DNA of 64,000 nt from an uncultured Gammaproteobacteria bacterium (GTDB lineage Bacteria; Pseudomonadota; Gammaproteobacteria; UBA9214), in the NCBI GenBank assembly GCA_963773065.1, contig CAVYZN010000032.1, forward strand, positions 160,001-224,000. Direction: 5' to 3'. The stretch's first letter is position 1. Every line of letters begins with the position of its first letter. The position numbers and the translations under genes were made by a program. The notes beneath the pieces were generated by a model. The model saw nothing but the letters and a program-made list of their open reading frames with translations, ran no database searches and was not told the origin of the DNA. Shown here in pieces: positions 42,459 to 53,528 of the stretch.

Positions 42459-42932
42459 ATGACTGTTCATAGCGGCGGAATTCTATTATTCAGGTACCGA
42501 GCCGGCCGGCTACAGGTGATGCTCGTGCATCCGGGAGGACCGTTTTGGGCAAAGAAAGACGAAGGCGCGTGGTCTATACCGAAGGGTTTGTTTGAAGAGA
42601 ACGAAGGGCCGTTGGAAGCCGCAAAGAGGGAATTTGCCGAGGAAACCGGGTTTGCTGCGGAGGGGGAGTTCATCGCGCTTGGCGAATTAACGCAGCCGAG
42701 TAATAAAATAGTCCACGCATGGGCTCTGGAAAGCGATTTGGACACAACAGAGATAAAGAGCAATACGTTCACTCTGGAATGGCCACCAAATTCGGGTCAT
42801 GTCGAAGACTACCCGGAGATCGATAAGGGTCAATGGTTCGATATCGATGCAGCTAAAAAGAAAATCACGAAGGGTCAGGTTGGATTCATAGACCGGCTGA
42901 TCGATAGCCTGAAGGCCACTTCGAAATATTGA
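42459..42932 (+). CDS. NUDIX hydrolase
   Basis: HPGGPFW..WSIPKG..AAKREFAEETG Nudix box. Confidence 0.9.
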   Translation: MTVHSGGILLFRYRAGRLQVMLVHPGGPFWAKKDEGAWSIPKGLFEENEGPLEAAKREFAEETGFAAEGEFIALGELTQPSNKIVHAWALESDLDTTEIKSNTFTLEWPPNSGHVEDYPEIDKGQWFDIDAAKKKITKGQVGFIDRLIDSLKATSKY

Positions 42933-43095
42933 GATATCTCCTGCAGGCGCAGGCTTGCTCGCTCCTGCGAAAGATTCGGTACGAATTTTCGTGAGCCCGG
43001 CAGTATCCCGGATTGAAACACAAAATATTTTATTTGCGAGTGATCGTGAACAGGCATATCGTGCATGCGGTTTAACTATTTCAAGGAGGGCTGTC

Positions 43096-44454
43096 ATGTC
43101 ATTACGCAAATGGTTTGGCGTGCTCAACGCGTGCACGCTCGTCGCCGTGGTGTCCCTGCCGGGCACGGCACAGGCCGTGCCGAGTTATGCCCGGCAAACC
43201 GGGATGCCCTGCGCGGGGTGTCACACCACCCCGCCGGAGCTGACGCCGTTCGGACGCAATTTCAAGATTAACGGTTACACCCTGACCGGCATGCAGCAGA
43301 TCGAAGCCGAAAGCAAGGGTACCGGGGCAGGACTGAAGATCAGTGAAGTGCCGCCCCTGTCGGCGATGCTGCTCACCTCGTTCACCCGCACCAGCAAGAA
43401 CCAGCCGGATACGCAGAACAACGATACTTCCTTCCCGCAGGAGCTAAGCCTGTTCTTTGCCGGCGAGATCACCCCGCATATCGGCTCGTTCCTGCAGCTC
43501 ACCTACGCCCAGGAGAGTGACAACTTCAGCCTCGACAATACCGACATCCGCTACGCGAATCACACGACGCTCGCCGACAAGGACACCGTCTACGGTGTGA
43601 CGCTCAACAACAGCCCGACCGTGGAAGATCCCTGGAACACCACCCCGGTCTGGGGCTACCCGTTTATAACATCCGATGTGGCGCCGTCGCCGGCGGCGGC
43701 CCCGCTGGTCAGCGATGCCCTCGCCCAGCAGGTCGCCGGCCTGGGTGGCTATACGTTCTGGAACGACCATCTGTATGCGGACCTGACAGTGTACCGTTCC
43801 GCGCACCTCCTGGGCAGCGGCCCGGGTGGCGCCCCCAGTGGCGACCCCACTAATCCTAGCGAGAATACCATCAAGAATGTATCGCCCTACTGGCGGCTGG
43901 CCTGGGAGCAGAAACTCGGCGAGAATAATCTCGAGGTCGGCACCTTCGGGCTGTGGTCGGAACTCTATCCACTAGGCATCTCGGGCAGGACCGACAAATA
44001 CACGGACCTCGCGCTCGACAGCCAGTTTGAACACCCCATGGGGGACAACATGCTCACGCTGCGCGGCACCTATATCCATCAGAACGCGAGTCTGGATGGT
44101 TCCGTTCAAGACGGTTTGGCCGCCAGCGACTCGAATACGCTCGACACCCTGAATCTCAATGGAACCTATCACCTGGGGACAAGCGCGGCATTTTCCATCG
44201 GGGGGTTCAATACGACGGGTGACAAGGACGAGCTGCTTTACGCGCCCGCTTCACTCGATGGCAGCGCCAATGGCAGTCCGGACAGTCGTGGCTATATACT
44301 GCAGGCGACCTATCTGCCATGGCAGAACACGCAGTTCACGCTGGAGTACGTCGGCTACAGCAAGTTCAACGGCAGTGATCATAACTACGACGGCAGCGGG
44401 CGCGACGCCTCCGATAACAATACGCTGTACCTCGCAGCCTGGCTGGTCTGGTAA
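43096..44454 (+). CDS. Cyc2-like monoheme cytochrome fused to outer-membrane beta-barrel
   Basis: Signal peptide then AVPSYARQTGMPCAGCHTTPPELTPFGRNFKINGY; beta-strand-rich remainder; C-terminal aromatic W. Confidence 0.8.
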   Translation: MSLRKWFGVLNACTLVAVVSLPGTAQAVPSYARQTGMPCAGCHTTPPELTPFGRNFKINGYTLTGMQQIEAESKGTGAGLKISEVPPLSAMLLTSFTRTSKNQPDTQNNDTSFPQELSLFFAGEITPHIGSFLQLTYAQESDNFSLDNTDIRYANHTTLADKDTVYGVTLNNSPTVEDPWNTTPVWGYPFITSDVAPSPAAAPLVSDALAQQVAGLGGYTFWNDHLYADLTVYRSAHLLGSGPGGAPSGDPTNPSENTIKNVSPYWRLAWEQKLGENNLEVGTFGLWSELYPLGISGRTDKYTDLALDSQFEHPMGDNMLTLRGTYIHQNASLDGSVQDGLAASDSNTLDTLNLNGTYHLGTSAAFSIGGFNTTGDKDELLYAPASLDGSANGSPDSRGYILQATYLPWQNTQFTLEYVGYSKFNGSDHNYDGSGRDASDNNTLYLAAWLVW

Positions 44455-44588
44455 TGGGGTGTCCGGGGGGCGGGCCGCAATGGCTCGCCCCTTGAATCGC
44501 AGGTTACCCCGACGTCTGTTGAATCCTTACGCGTGACGTCCGCGCTGCTGTCATGGCGCGGGGATCCAACCCAACAGAGGGAGACAAG

Positions 44589-45227
44589 ATGAAGATCGGG
44601 CGGGTTGCATTGTTGCTGGCAGTTCTGGAGTTGGCGGGAATGACAGCATGGATACCGGTGGCGCAGGCCGGAGAAGGCAACGAAGCCGAATTGAAGCGCC
44701 AGCTTGAAGAGGTTCAGCAGCAGCTCCACGAACTCGAGCTCAAGGTGCAGCGTATGGAGACGGAGCGCCGCGCCGCACAGGCGCCGTCTCCGGCGGCAGT
44801 TCCGGTGCCCATCGTGAGCCCAACGGCCGGCAACCCGCCGCCCCCCGCGCCGGCGGCTCCGGTTGGGACCGGAGCGGCGCCCATGCCGTCATCGACGGTA
44901 GTCCCGGCCGCCGCGGTCCCATCGACCGGCAGTCAGCCTTCCCCCGCACCGGTGCGGGTGGAAGCTTGGACATCCCCGTCGCCGGCCGCCGTGCCTGAAG
45001 CGTTCCAGTGGCGCGAGACGCTCAAGGACCAGTGGCATAGCGTCAAGGCCGGTATGAGCGGTGTGGAAATCAGGGGACTGCTGGGAACGCCGTCACGCGA
45101 GTTCACACTCGACGGAAAACCCGTGTGGTACTACTCCTACCCCGGCATCGGCAATGGCTCGGTGCTGTTCAGCCGGGACGGCCACACCGTGGCGGGTTGG
45201 CAGCACCCGCCGTTCGGGTTATGGTGA
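44589..45227 (+). CDS. Secreted protein: coiled coil, Pro/Ala linker, SmpA/BamE-like C-terminal domain
   Basis: W..VKAGMSGVEIRGLLGTP..WYYSY pattern. Confidence 0.55.
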   Translation: MKIGRVALLLAVLELAGMTAWIPVAQAGEGNEAELKRQLEEVQQQLHELELKVQRMETERRAAQAPSPAAVPVPIVSPTAGNPPPPAPAAPVGTGAAPMPSSTVVPAAAVPSTGSQPSPAPVRVEAWTSPSPAAVPEAFQWRETLKDQWHSVKAGMSGVEIRGLLGTPSREFTLDGKPVWYYSYPGIGNGSVLFSRDGHTVAGWQHPPFGLW

Positions 45228-45439
45228 ACGACACAAAAACCTTGGGGTTACCCGCTTACTGGATCACGATCATCAACTCGCTGTTGCCGCGGATGATATT
45301 CAACAACAGGCCGTTGGGGTTGCTATTCTGGCGGCTTGCCATGGCGCTCGGCGAACGCGCAGCCTGACCGCACTCACACGGACCGCGTCTCAACATCGTG
45401 CCGCCACCGCAAAACCGAACCGCGAATGAGGACACGGGT

Positions 45440-46129
45440 ATGCATCATTTCGAACGCCATTATAGTCAACGGGCCGGCTGGCTGCGCGCCGCGGTATTGG
45501 GAGCGAATGACGGGATCGTTTCTACCGCCAGCCTGGTCTTGGGCGTCGCCGCCGCCAACGCGGACCGCACCGACATCTTACTTGTCGGCGTTGCCGGACT
45601 TATGGCGGGTGCGATGTCGATGGCGGCGGGCGAATACGTCTCGGTGAGTTCGCAAGCCGACACCGAGGAAGCCGATCTGGCGCGCGAGCGCAAGGAACTC
45701 GGATCCAATGAAGCATTGGAGCGCGAAGAACTGGCAGGCATCTATGTGGACAGAGGCATCGACGCGGATCTGGCGAAACAGGTCGCCGCACAGTTGATGG
45801 CGCATGATGCCCTGGCCGCTCACGCCCGGGATGAACTGGGCCTGACGGAAATGCACAGGGCGCGCCCCATCCAGGCGGCTATGGCATCGGCCGCAAGTTT
45901 CGCCGCGGGCGCGGTGATACCGGTATTGCTGGTCGCCCGCGCACCGCTGTCGGGTATAGCCGCGATGGTCGCCGGTGGTTCGCTGGTGCTGCTGGCCTTT
46001 CTCGGCGGTTTGGCCGCGAGAGCCGGGGGTGCCAGCGAGCTTATCGGCGCCGTGCGGGTCACTTTCTGGGGCGCGCTTGCCATGGGACTCACCGCGGCCG
46101 TCGGTGCTTATTTCGGGACGAATGTCTAG
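45440..46129 (+). CDS. VIT1/CCC1 family Fe/Mn transporter
   Basis: WLRAAVLGANDGIVST..GAMSMAAGEYVSVSSQADTE..HARDELG. Confidence 0.93.
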   Translation: MHHFERHYSQRAGWLRAAVLGANDGIVSTASLVLGVAAANADRTDILLVGVAGLMAGAMSMAAGEYVSVSSQADTEEADLARERKELGSNEALEREELAGIYVDRGIDADLAKQVAAQLMAHDALAAHARDELGLTEMHRARPIQAAMASAASFAAGAVIPVLLVARAPLSGIAAMVAGGSLVLLAFLGGLAARAGGASELIGAVRVTFWGALAMGLTAAVGAYFGTNV

Positions 46130-46401
46130 GCCGCGCGAGGTAGCGGAAAAATCACCCGGGATTCCGTGAGCCGCCTGGGGAAGATAAAAAGCGCCCGGCA
46201 GGGGCAGTTCACTATTGACGACCGGGACAGCAGTACGCCCTACATCAAGAAGGTGCGTGTCGTCTCGACGGTTGAGTACTACCTGTCCGACTAGGTGGGG
46301 CAATGAACATGCGGTTTCTTTTGCATCGCCGGACGCTTAATATCGGCATGTCGTTAATTACCGGACCGGGTTCTGACTGTCCAACCTATCAAGGAGGGGA
46401 A

Positions 46402-46632
46402 ATGAAAGCATTAGCGCAGGCATGTTTTTGGCTGGGAATACTCTCGATACCGGCCTCGTGGGCGATTTGGTATATCGGTCCTGAACTCGGTCGACAGGTG
46501 ATGGAGGGTATAACGGATCCTTTGTTGAAAGCGGCCTTGCAGGAGGCCCACTCGGAGCGCTTCGGCCTCTATGTCGGTCTGTGGGCGCCGACACTGCTGA
46601 TATTGAGCACTATTCTCGAAAAGAAGGGCTAG
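46402..46632 (+). CDS. Small membrane protein
   Basis: AGGAGG RBS; ERFGLYVGLWAPTL. Confidence 0.55.
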   Translation: MKALAQACFWLGILSIPASWAIWYIGPELGRQVMEGITDPLLKAALQEAHSERFGLYVGLWAPTLLILSTILEKKG

Positions 46633-46812
46633 CGGGATAATCGTCGTGAGGGGCGGGAGCCTGTCTGGGAGCACTCTTGCACGATCTTTCCGACCGCCAT
46701 CCCTGTGGGGAGAGACCGACTCGGCCACGTCGCCGTCGCGATTCGCGCCCGTGAACCGAGCGGTCTCTCCCTCACCCGGCGAATCAACCATCCACCCTCG
46801 TAGACATTCCGT

Positions 46813-47100
46813 ATGAGCGAGGCCGTGCAGCTATTCATGCTGTTTCTGGCCTGGCTGGCCATCGCCCTCGGGTGTCACGCGACCATCCGGAATTATTACC
46901 TCGCCTCGTTTACGGCGGCCTGCGCCATGGTGGCGGTGTTGCAATTGGCGAGTTATCTCCAGACCGGGAGACCGGACCCGCTCTGGCCGCTGTCATCCCT
47001 GGTCGGTTTCTGCCTGGCGGGCATCGTGGCGCTGGCGGCCGGGCTGCCGTTTCGGGTCAGGCGGATCATCCGGGACCATCACGAGAACGACAGCATCTGA
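46813..47100 (+). CDS. Small membrane protein
   Basis: Three hydrophobic segments, ATG start. Confidence 0.5.
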   Translation: MSEAVQLFMLFLAWLAIALGCHATIRNYYLASFTAACAMVAVLQLASYLQTGRPDPLWPLSSLVGFCLAGIVALAAGLPFRVRRIIRDHHENDSI

Positions 47101-47241
47101 TACCACGACCGGGGACACTATCAGGTACGCTGTGGCCGTTCACGCGTGGGACGGTTTCTGGCTGTTCCGGCCGGATCCGAAATCCCGTCACACGCGTAGC
47201 ATGTCCAAGCTCGTCCTGTCTGGCTGCCAGCGTCCCCTCGT

Positions 47242-48400
47242 ATGACCCTCCCCAGGGGCATCTGGGCGCTTGGCCTGGTCAGCGCGTTCATGGACATCTC
47301 CTCGGAGATGATCCATGGCCTGTTGCCGGTCTTCCTGGTGACGGTGATCGGCGCCGGCGCGACCAGCATCGGCCTGATCGAAGGCGCCGGCGAGGGGCTT
47401 GCCCTGATCACCCGGGTGTTCTCGGGCTATCTCAGCGACCGGCTGGAAAGGCGCAAGGGCCTGATCGTATCCGGTTACCTGCTCGGCACGCTGACCAAGC
47501 CGCTGTTCGCCCTGGCCGCCGGCGTGGGTCTGGTATTCACCGCGCGGCTTCTCGACCGGTTCGGCAAGGGCCTGCGCGGCGCGCCCCGGGATGCCCTGAT
47601 CGCCGAACTGGCGCCGCCGCATCAATGGGGTTCGGCCTACGGTCTGCGACAGGCGCTCGATTCCGTCGGCGCCTTTCTCGGGCCGCTGCTGGCGGTCGCG
47701 ATCATGACGCTGACGGGGGGTGATTATCGCGCCGTATTCTGGCTGGCGGGACTGCCCGGCGTCATCGCGGTCGCCATTCTGGTTTTCCGGGTGCATGAAC
47801 CCGCCGGGCGTGCGGTCGAAGCCGGCACGCTTGCCAGTCAACGCCACCGACATCCGCCGCCTGGACCGGGCCTACTGGCTGGTCCTCGCCGTGGGTGTCG
47901 TGTTCTCCCTGGCGCGTTTCAGCGAGGCCTTCCTGCTGTTGCGCGCCGAAGCCGTCGGCCTGTCGCCCAACCTGGTGCCGCTCGTGCTGGTGATCATCAG
48001 CCTGGTCTATGCTCTGGGCGCCTATCCAGTGGGGCGGCTTTCCGACCGGATCGGGCGCCTGCGCCTGCTGAGCGCGGGTCTCGCCTTTCTGATCGTCGCC
48101 GATCTGATCCTCGCCGGCGCCACCGGCGTGTTGGAGGTGGCGGCGGGCGCGGCATTGTGGGGATTGCACCTGGCGTTTACCCAGGGTTTGTTTGCCGCCC
48201 TGGTGGCGGACACCTCCGCGGCCACGGTCAGGGGGACCGCCTTCGGCGTGTATGGTCTGGTGACCGGTGTGGCCGTGCTGCTGGCGAGCGTGCTGGCCGG
48301 CTGGTTGTGGGATCGCTACGGCGCGCCGGCCACCTTTCTTGCCGGCGCGCTGTTCTCACTGCTGGCGCTGGCGGGTTTTGAGGCTCTGCGGCGATGTACA
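47242..48400 (+). CDS. MFS transporter (one indel; 3' end runs into a repeat element)
   Basis: FMDISSEMIHGLLP, DRFGKGLRGAPRDALIA, RFSEAFLLLRA. Confidence 0.88.
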
Positions 48401-48492
48401 GGGAAGTACAAGTGTCGCGGAAGGCACGACTGCAGGGATGCAGGAGGTAGGCAAGTACCAAAAGAGGTAGACGCAGGAGCAGTTACCGAGGA
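48392..48492 (+). repeat. Dispersed repeat unit homologous to 4197-4282
   Basis: Direct alignment by eye; differs mainly by a ~15-nt insertion. Confidence 0.78.
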
Positions 48493-48580
48493 AGCCGTGA
48501 GCGACCGGATCCGGGATCCCGGTGAGAAATCCGGCTGGCCGGTCTTGGCGGCGGTGATGATGGCGACAGAATGGCCGGCA

Positions 48581-49240
48581 TCATTGCCTGATCATCACGG
48601 GGGTGCTCTCGATGCCCTGCTGGCGCAGCAGCGTACGGGCCTGGTTGAGTGCGCTGAAATCGCGATAGGGGCCCACGCGCACACGGTGGTAGGTGTCCTT
48701 GTTGTTGATGGTGATCTTCTGGACGCTGGTTTCAAGGCCAAGCAGCGTGAGCCTGGCCCGGAACTGGTCGGCCTGCGCCAGACTGCGGAAGGATCCGGTC
48801 TGCAGGAAGTAGGTTCCTCTGGCCTGTGCCGCCGGTTTGGCGTCCGCTTCGCGCTGGAGCAAGCCGGCGGCGGGCTTTTCCTGCGGCTTGACGGCGTCCT
48901 GCCCGGTCTTGCCGCTGATTTCCTCCTCCGGAATGACGACCTCCATTTCCGGGAGGATGGTATAGAAGTCGAAGCGCGGCTTGGGTGGTGACGGGGCGGC
49001 GGTCTTTTCTTCCTCCTTCACCTCCTTGGGGGTGGCGGCCGCAGCCGGCGGCTCCGTGGTCTCGGGCATGAAGGCAGGCGCCGCGGCTTGCTGCTGCGGC
49101 GTCTGCGGGGCCAGCAGCTTGAGGTAGACGATGGCGGCGGCAAACAGCCCGATCAGCAGCCCCGCGAACATGCCCAGCCAGGGCGAGACCGGCTTGCGCT
49201 GGCGCCGGTGGATGACGTGGTACTTGTAATCCCTGGGCAT
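48581..49240 (-). CDS. SPOR domain cell division protein (FtsN-like)
   Basis: MPRDYK, TM helix, PRFDFYTILPEMEV, YFLQTGSF..HRVRVGP; follows argS. Confidence 0.88.
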   Translation of the reverse strand: MPRDYKYHVIHRRQRKPVSPWLGMFAGLLIGLFAAAIVYLKLLAPQTPQQQAAAPAFMPETTEPPAAAATPKEVKEEEKTAAPSPPKPRFDFYTILPEMEVVIPEEEISGKTGQDAVKPQEKPAAGLLQREADAKPAAQARGTYFLQTGSFRSLAQADQFRARLTLLGLETSVQKITINNKDTYHRVRVGPYRDFSALNQARTLLRQQGIESTPVMIRQ

Positions 49241-51001
49241 TACATGGCATCCGGCGTGGATACGCCAAGCAGTTGCAGTCCGTTGGCGATGACCTGGCGG
49301 GTCGCCTCGATCAGGTTGAGGCGCGCATTGCGCAGCGCGTCATCGGCGACCAGGAAGGTGTGCGCGTTGTAGTAGGTATGGAAATCATAGGCGAGTTCGC
49401 GCAGGTAGTGCGTCAGCAGATGCGGTTCATGATTGAGCGCGGCGGTCTCGACCACTTCCGGATAGCGCGACAGGTTGATCATCAGTTGCTGTTCATGGGT
49501 CTCACCCAGCAATGCCAGGTGGCGCTCGCCCAGCGCCCGGTCCCAGCGGTAGCCCTTGTCGGTGAGTTGCCGGAAGACGCTCATCACGCGCGCATGGGCG
49601 TACTGGACGTAATAGACCGGGTTGTCGCTCGACTGCGACTTGGCGAGATCCAGATCGAAGTCCATGTGCTGCTCGCACTTGCGCATGACATAGAAGAAGC
49701 GCGCCGCATCGTTGCCGACTTCCTGCCGCAGTTCTCGCAGGGTGACGAATTCACCGGAGCGCGTCGACATCTGCGCCTTGGCCCCGCCGCGGTAGAGCAC
49801 CGCGAACTGCACCAGCAGCACATCGAGCCTGGCGGGATCGTCACCGAGCGCCTTAAGGGCCGCCTTGACGCGCGGCACGTAGCCATGATGGTCCGCGCCC
49901 CAGATATCGATCACCCGCGCGTAGCCCCGCTCCAGCTTGTTCGCGTGGTAGGCGATGTCGGAGGCGAAATAGGTCTTCTGGCCGTTCTCGCGGATGATGA
50001 CGCGGTCTTTCTCGTCGCCGTAATCGGTGGAGCGGAACCACAGCGCGCCATTCTGCCACATAGGTATGGCCGCTGTGCTCGAGCCGCGCGATCACCTTTT
50101 CCACGGCGCCGTTTTCCGCGAGCGAGCGCTCCGAGAACCATTCATCGTAGACGACGCCGAACTCCTTAAGGTCCTGGCGGATGTTGTGCAGGATGGCGTT
50201 AAGCCCGGCGTCGAAGACCAGGCGATAGTCCTCCCGCCCAAGCAGCGCCTGTACGCGGGCGATCACGCCGTCGATGTGGGTTTCCTTGTCGCCGCCCGCC
50301 GGTTCATCCGCCGGGACGCCGGCGAATACTTCGGCGGCCGGGCGGCGCAGGCGCTCGCCCTGTTCACGGTGGATGGTGGCGCCGATGTCCCAGACGTAGT
50401 CGCCCTGGTAGCCGTTGGCCGGAAACGGGACGTCCTCCCCGCACAACTCGAGGTAGCGCAGGTAGACGCTCGCCGCCAGGATGTCCATCTGGCGCCCGGC
50501 GTCATTGACGTAGTATTCACGGTGCACGCGGTAGCCGACGGCCTCGAGCAGGTCGGCCACCGCGGCGCCATACGCCGCGCCGCGCCCGTGACCCACGTGC
50601 AGCGGCCCGGTCGGGTTGGCGGAAACGAATTCGACCTGGATGCGCTGTCCCGCGCCGAGGCTGCAGCGGCCGTAACGTGACGCCTGTTCCAGGATCGCGC
50701 CGATGACGGTCCGGTAGGCGCCCGGGCCGAGGAAAAAGTTGATGAAGCCCGGGCCGGCGATTTCAACCCGTTCGATGTGTGCGTCGGCCGCGATGGCGGC
50801 CACGAGGCGTTCGGCCAGCTCGCGTGGTTTGCAGCGCGCCGCCTTGGCGAGCGTCAGCGCCAGGTTGGAGGCGAAGTCGCCGTGTTCGCGCTCGCGCGCG
50901 CGCTCCACCAGGATGACGGGCGAAACGTCCCCGGGAAGCGCGCCGTCGCGCTGCAGTTTGGCGACGGCGTCAGCCAGGATCTTCGCTATGTGTTCTTTCA
51001 C
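49240..51001 (-). CDS. argS: Arginine--tRNA ligase (one indel)
   Basis: [55 protein letters not shown]. Confidence 0.97.
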
Positions 51002-51222
51002 GGGTGGCGCACTGCTATGGGTGTGTTGATTCTGATAATTAAAACCTGCCGCAAGGTCGCTAAGAAACGCTGTAGCGCAATGTCGCGGAAGATTATTGCG
51101 GATGCTCCGCGGCTTTGGGCCGTACCGGAGTCGAGTACGCGACCTTCGCGTCCGCGCGGTGAATAAAGCCGGTTAAACGGGCAGCCTATTATCCCCTGCG
51201 ACCGCGATCTTGCAAGCCGTGA

Positions 51223-53427
51223 TCAGAACAAGTCCGCCGGATCGACATCGACGGACCAGCGCACCTTGCGGGCCTCCTTGGACTGTTCCAGCCGGCGGAC
51301 CAGGCTGCCCAATACGTGTTGCAGGCTGCCACGCTGCGCCGACTGCAGCAGGAGCTGGGCGCGAAAGCGGCCGGCGCGCCGTTCCATGCTGGCCGGCACC
51401 GGACCCCAGACCTCGACATCGGCCGCGTCAAGTTCTTGAATCTGCCGCCTGACGCTATCGAGGAAGCCCGACGGCAGGGACGCCTCCGTGGCCTCGGCGC
51501 GCAACAGGGCGATGTGGCTGACCGGTGGCAGCCGGGCCGCCTCGCGCTCGGCCAGCGCGGCGCGGGCAAAGGCTGCATAACCCTGCCGGACCAGCGTCTG
51601 CAGCAGGGGATGGTCCGGGTGATGGGTCTGGATGACCACAAGCCCCGGCCGGTCACGACGGCCGGCCCGGCCGGCCACCTGCACGATCAACTGGGCCATG
51701 CGTTCACTGGAGCGGAAGTCGGTTCCGAACAGGCCCTGGTCGGCATTGAGGATGCCGACCAGGGTGATATCCGGAAAATGGTGCCCCTTGGCCAGCATCT
51801 GGGTGCCGAGGAGGATGCGCCCGTGGCCGGCGCGCGCCTGCTGCAGCAGGCTGGCGAGCTGGCCCTTGCGGCGCGTGGTGTCACGGTCGATGCGCAGCCG
51901 CTCCACCTCTGGAAAGTGTTCGGCCAATGCCTGCTCGACGCGCTCGGTCCCCTGGCCCAGCGACCGCAGGTCGCCGCCGCCGCATGCCGGGCAGCGCGTG
52001 TCGAGCGGCCGCTGGCTGCCGCAGTGGTGACAGCGCAGTTGCCGCTCACCCTGGTGCACGGTCATGCGGGCGTCGCAGCGCGAGCACCCGGCGATCCAGC
52101 CGCAGTCATGGCAGATGAGCGTCGGGGCGTAGCCGCGGCGGTTGAGAAACAGCAGCACCTGGCCGTCGTCGGCGAGGTGGCCGCGTATGCGCGCGATAAG
52201 CCCCCGGGACAGGCCGTGCTCGAGCGCTTGTTTGCGGAGATCGAGGATCTCGTAGGATGGCAGGCCGGCGGCGCCGGTGCGCTCCGGCAGCGCCAGGTGC
52301 CGGTAGCGCGCCTGGGCGACATTGAAGAGACTTTCCAGGGAAGGCGTCGCCGAGCCCAGGACGACCGGCACGGCCAATTGACGCGCGCGCCATACGGCGA
52401 GATCGCGCGCCGAATAGCGCAGCCCTTCCTGCTGTTTCAGCGAGGCGTCGTGCTCCTCGTCGACCACCAGCAGTCCCGGATTGGCGAGCGGTGTGAAGAT
52501 GGCCGAGCGCGTGCCTATGATGATGAGGGCCTCGCCGCTGCCGGCCCGCCGCCAGGCGGCGAGGCGTTCCCGGTCGTTGAGGGCGGAGTGCAGTAGCGCG
52601 AACGGCGCACCGAAGCGGCGCCGGAAGCGCTCCACCAGTTGCGGGGTCAGGCCGATTTCCGGCACCAGGATCAGGGTCTGGCGCCGTTGCGCCATGACCG
52701 CGGCGATGATCCGCAGGTAAACCTCGGTTTTCCCGCTGCCCGTGACACCTTCGAGCAGAAAGGCGGTGAAATCTCCCAGACTGCCCAGCACCGTGTCGAC
52801 GGCCGACTGCTGGGCGGCATTCAGCACATGGCCCGTGTCGCTGGGCGGTGTCGCCGGGAGGACTGTGGCCGCGAGGGTGCAGGCCTCGATCCAGCCCTTG
52901 TTCTGGAGTGTTCGCAGCGTATCGGACGTTACCTCCAGCGCGGCGCGGCGCACGCCCTCCGGATGATCGCGCAGTTGCAGCAGCATCGCTGCCTGCCGCG
53001 GCGCCCGCTTCAGGGTGGCGGGATCGATGTGCCATCCGGCGGCGGTGAGCCGCCAGCCGGTCTCGTCAGTGTCCGCCGGCGGCTGGCCACGACGTAGCAG
53101 TGTTGGCAACGCCGCGCTTAAGGTCTCGCCAATCGGATACTGATAGTAGGCGCTGGCCCAGCGAGCCATGGCGAGAACGTCCGCGGAAAGCACGGGTGAT
53201 GGGTCGAGGATCGCCAGCGCCCGCTTTAAACGCGGGTGGTCGATGCTGCTGCGTGCCGCTACCTCCAGGAGGATGCCAATGGTTATGCGGGCGCCGAAGG
53301 GTACGCGCACGCGCATCCCCGGGAGCAGCGTGTCGGTGTCCGTCGCTGGTGGTGGGAGGTAGTCGAAGCTGCGGTGAAGCGGGGAGGGAACGGCAATGCG
53401 GAGTATGGCTTCGTTCACGGTTTTCAT
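51223..53427 (-). CDS. priA: Primosomal protein N'
   Basis: GVTGSGKTEVY, VDEEHD, Cys-rich Zn region, GTQMLAKGHHFP, QVAGRAGR, WSVDVDP. Confidence 0.97.
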   Translation of the reverse strand: MKTVNEAILRIAVPSPLHRSFDYLPPPATDTDTLLPGMRVRVPFGARITIGILLEVAARSSIDHPRLKRALAILDPSPVLSADVLAMARWASAYYQYPIGETLSAALPTLLRRGQPPADTDETGWRLTAAGWHIDPATLKRAPRQAAMLLQLRDHPEGVRRAALEVTSDTLRTLQNKGWIEACTLAATVLPATPPSDTGHVLNAAQQSAVDTVLGSLGDFTAFLLEGVTGSGKTEVYLRIIAAVMAQRRQTLILVPEIGLTPQLVERFRRRFGAPFALLHSALNDRERLAAWRRAGSGEALIIIGTRSAIFTPLANPGLLVVDEEHDASLKQQEGLRYSARDLAVWRARQLAVPVVLGSATPSLESLFNVAQARYRHLALPERTGAAGLPSYEILDLRKQALEHGLSRGLIARIRGHLADDGQVLLFLNRRGYAPTLICHDCGWIAGCSRCDARMTVHQGERQLRCHHCGSQRPLDTRCPACGGGDLRSLGQGTERVEQALAEHFPEVERLRIDRDTTRRKGQLASLLQQARAGHGRILLGTQMLAKGHHFPDITLVGILNADQGLFGTDFRSSERMAQLIVQVAGRAGRRDRPGLVVIQTHHPDHPLLQTLVRQGYAAFARAALAEREAARLPPVSHIALLRAEATEASLPSGFLDSVRRQIQELDAADVEVWGPVPASMERRAGRFRAQLLLQSAQRGSLQHVLGSLVRRLEQSKEARKVRWSVDVDPADLF

Positions 53428-53528
53428 CACGCCAGCGGCAAGGGCGGAGCCTCCGCAGTTAGCGTACATGCCTGAGGCGGATTATTACTAAATTGTGCTA
53501 ACTCCTTCATTCGATTGATTCCCGCCTG

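Larger units (their letters stand above)
31867..42932 (+). mobile_element. Integron gene cassette array without integrase in window (CALIN-like)
   Basis: Co-oriented small genes separated by attC-type palindromes; start and end boxes of cassettes are complementary (GTTAGAG/CTCTAAC, GTTGGGC/GCCCAAC, GATAGCC/GGCTAAC, GTTAGGC/GCCTAAC); right boundary uncertain. Confidence 0.85.

Noticed and set aside
47720-48991. 423-aa MFS with a long C-terminal extension
   Set aside because: The extension is read-through across a repeat and antisense to the SPOR gene.
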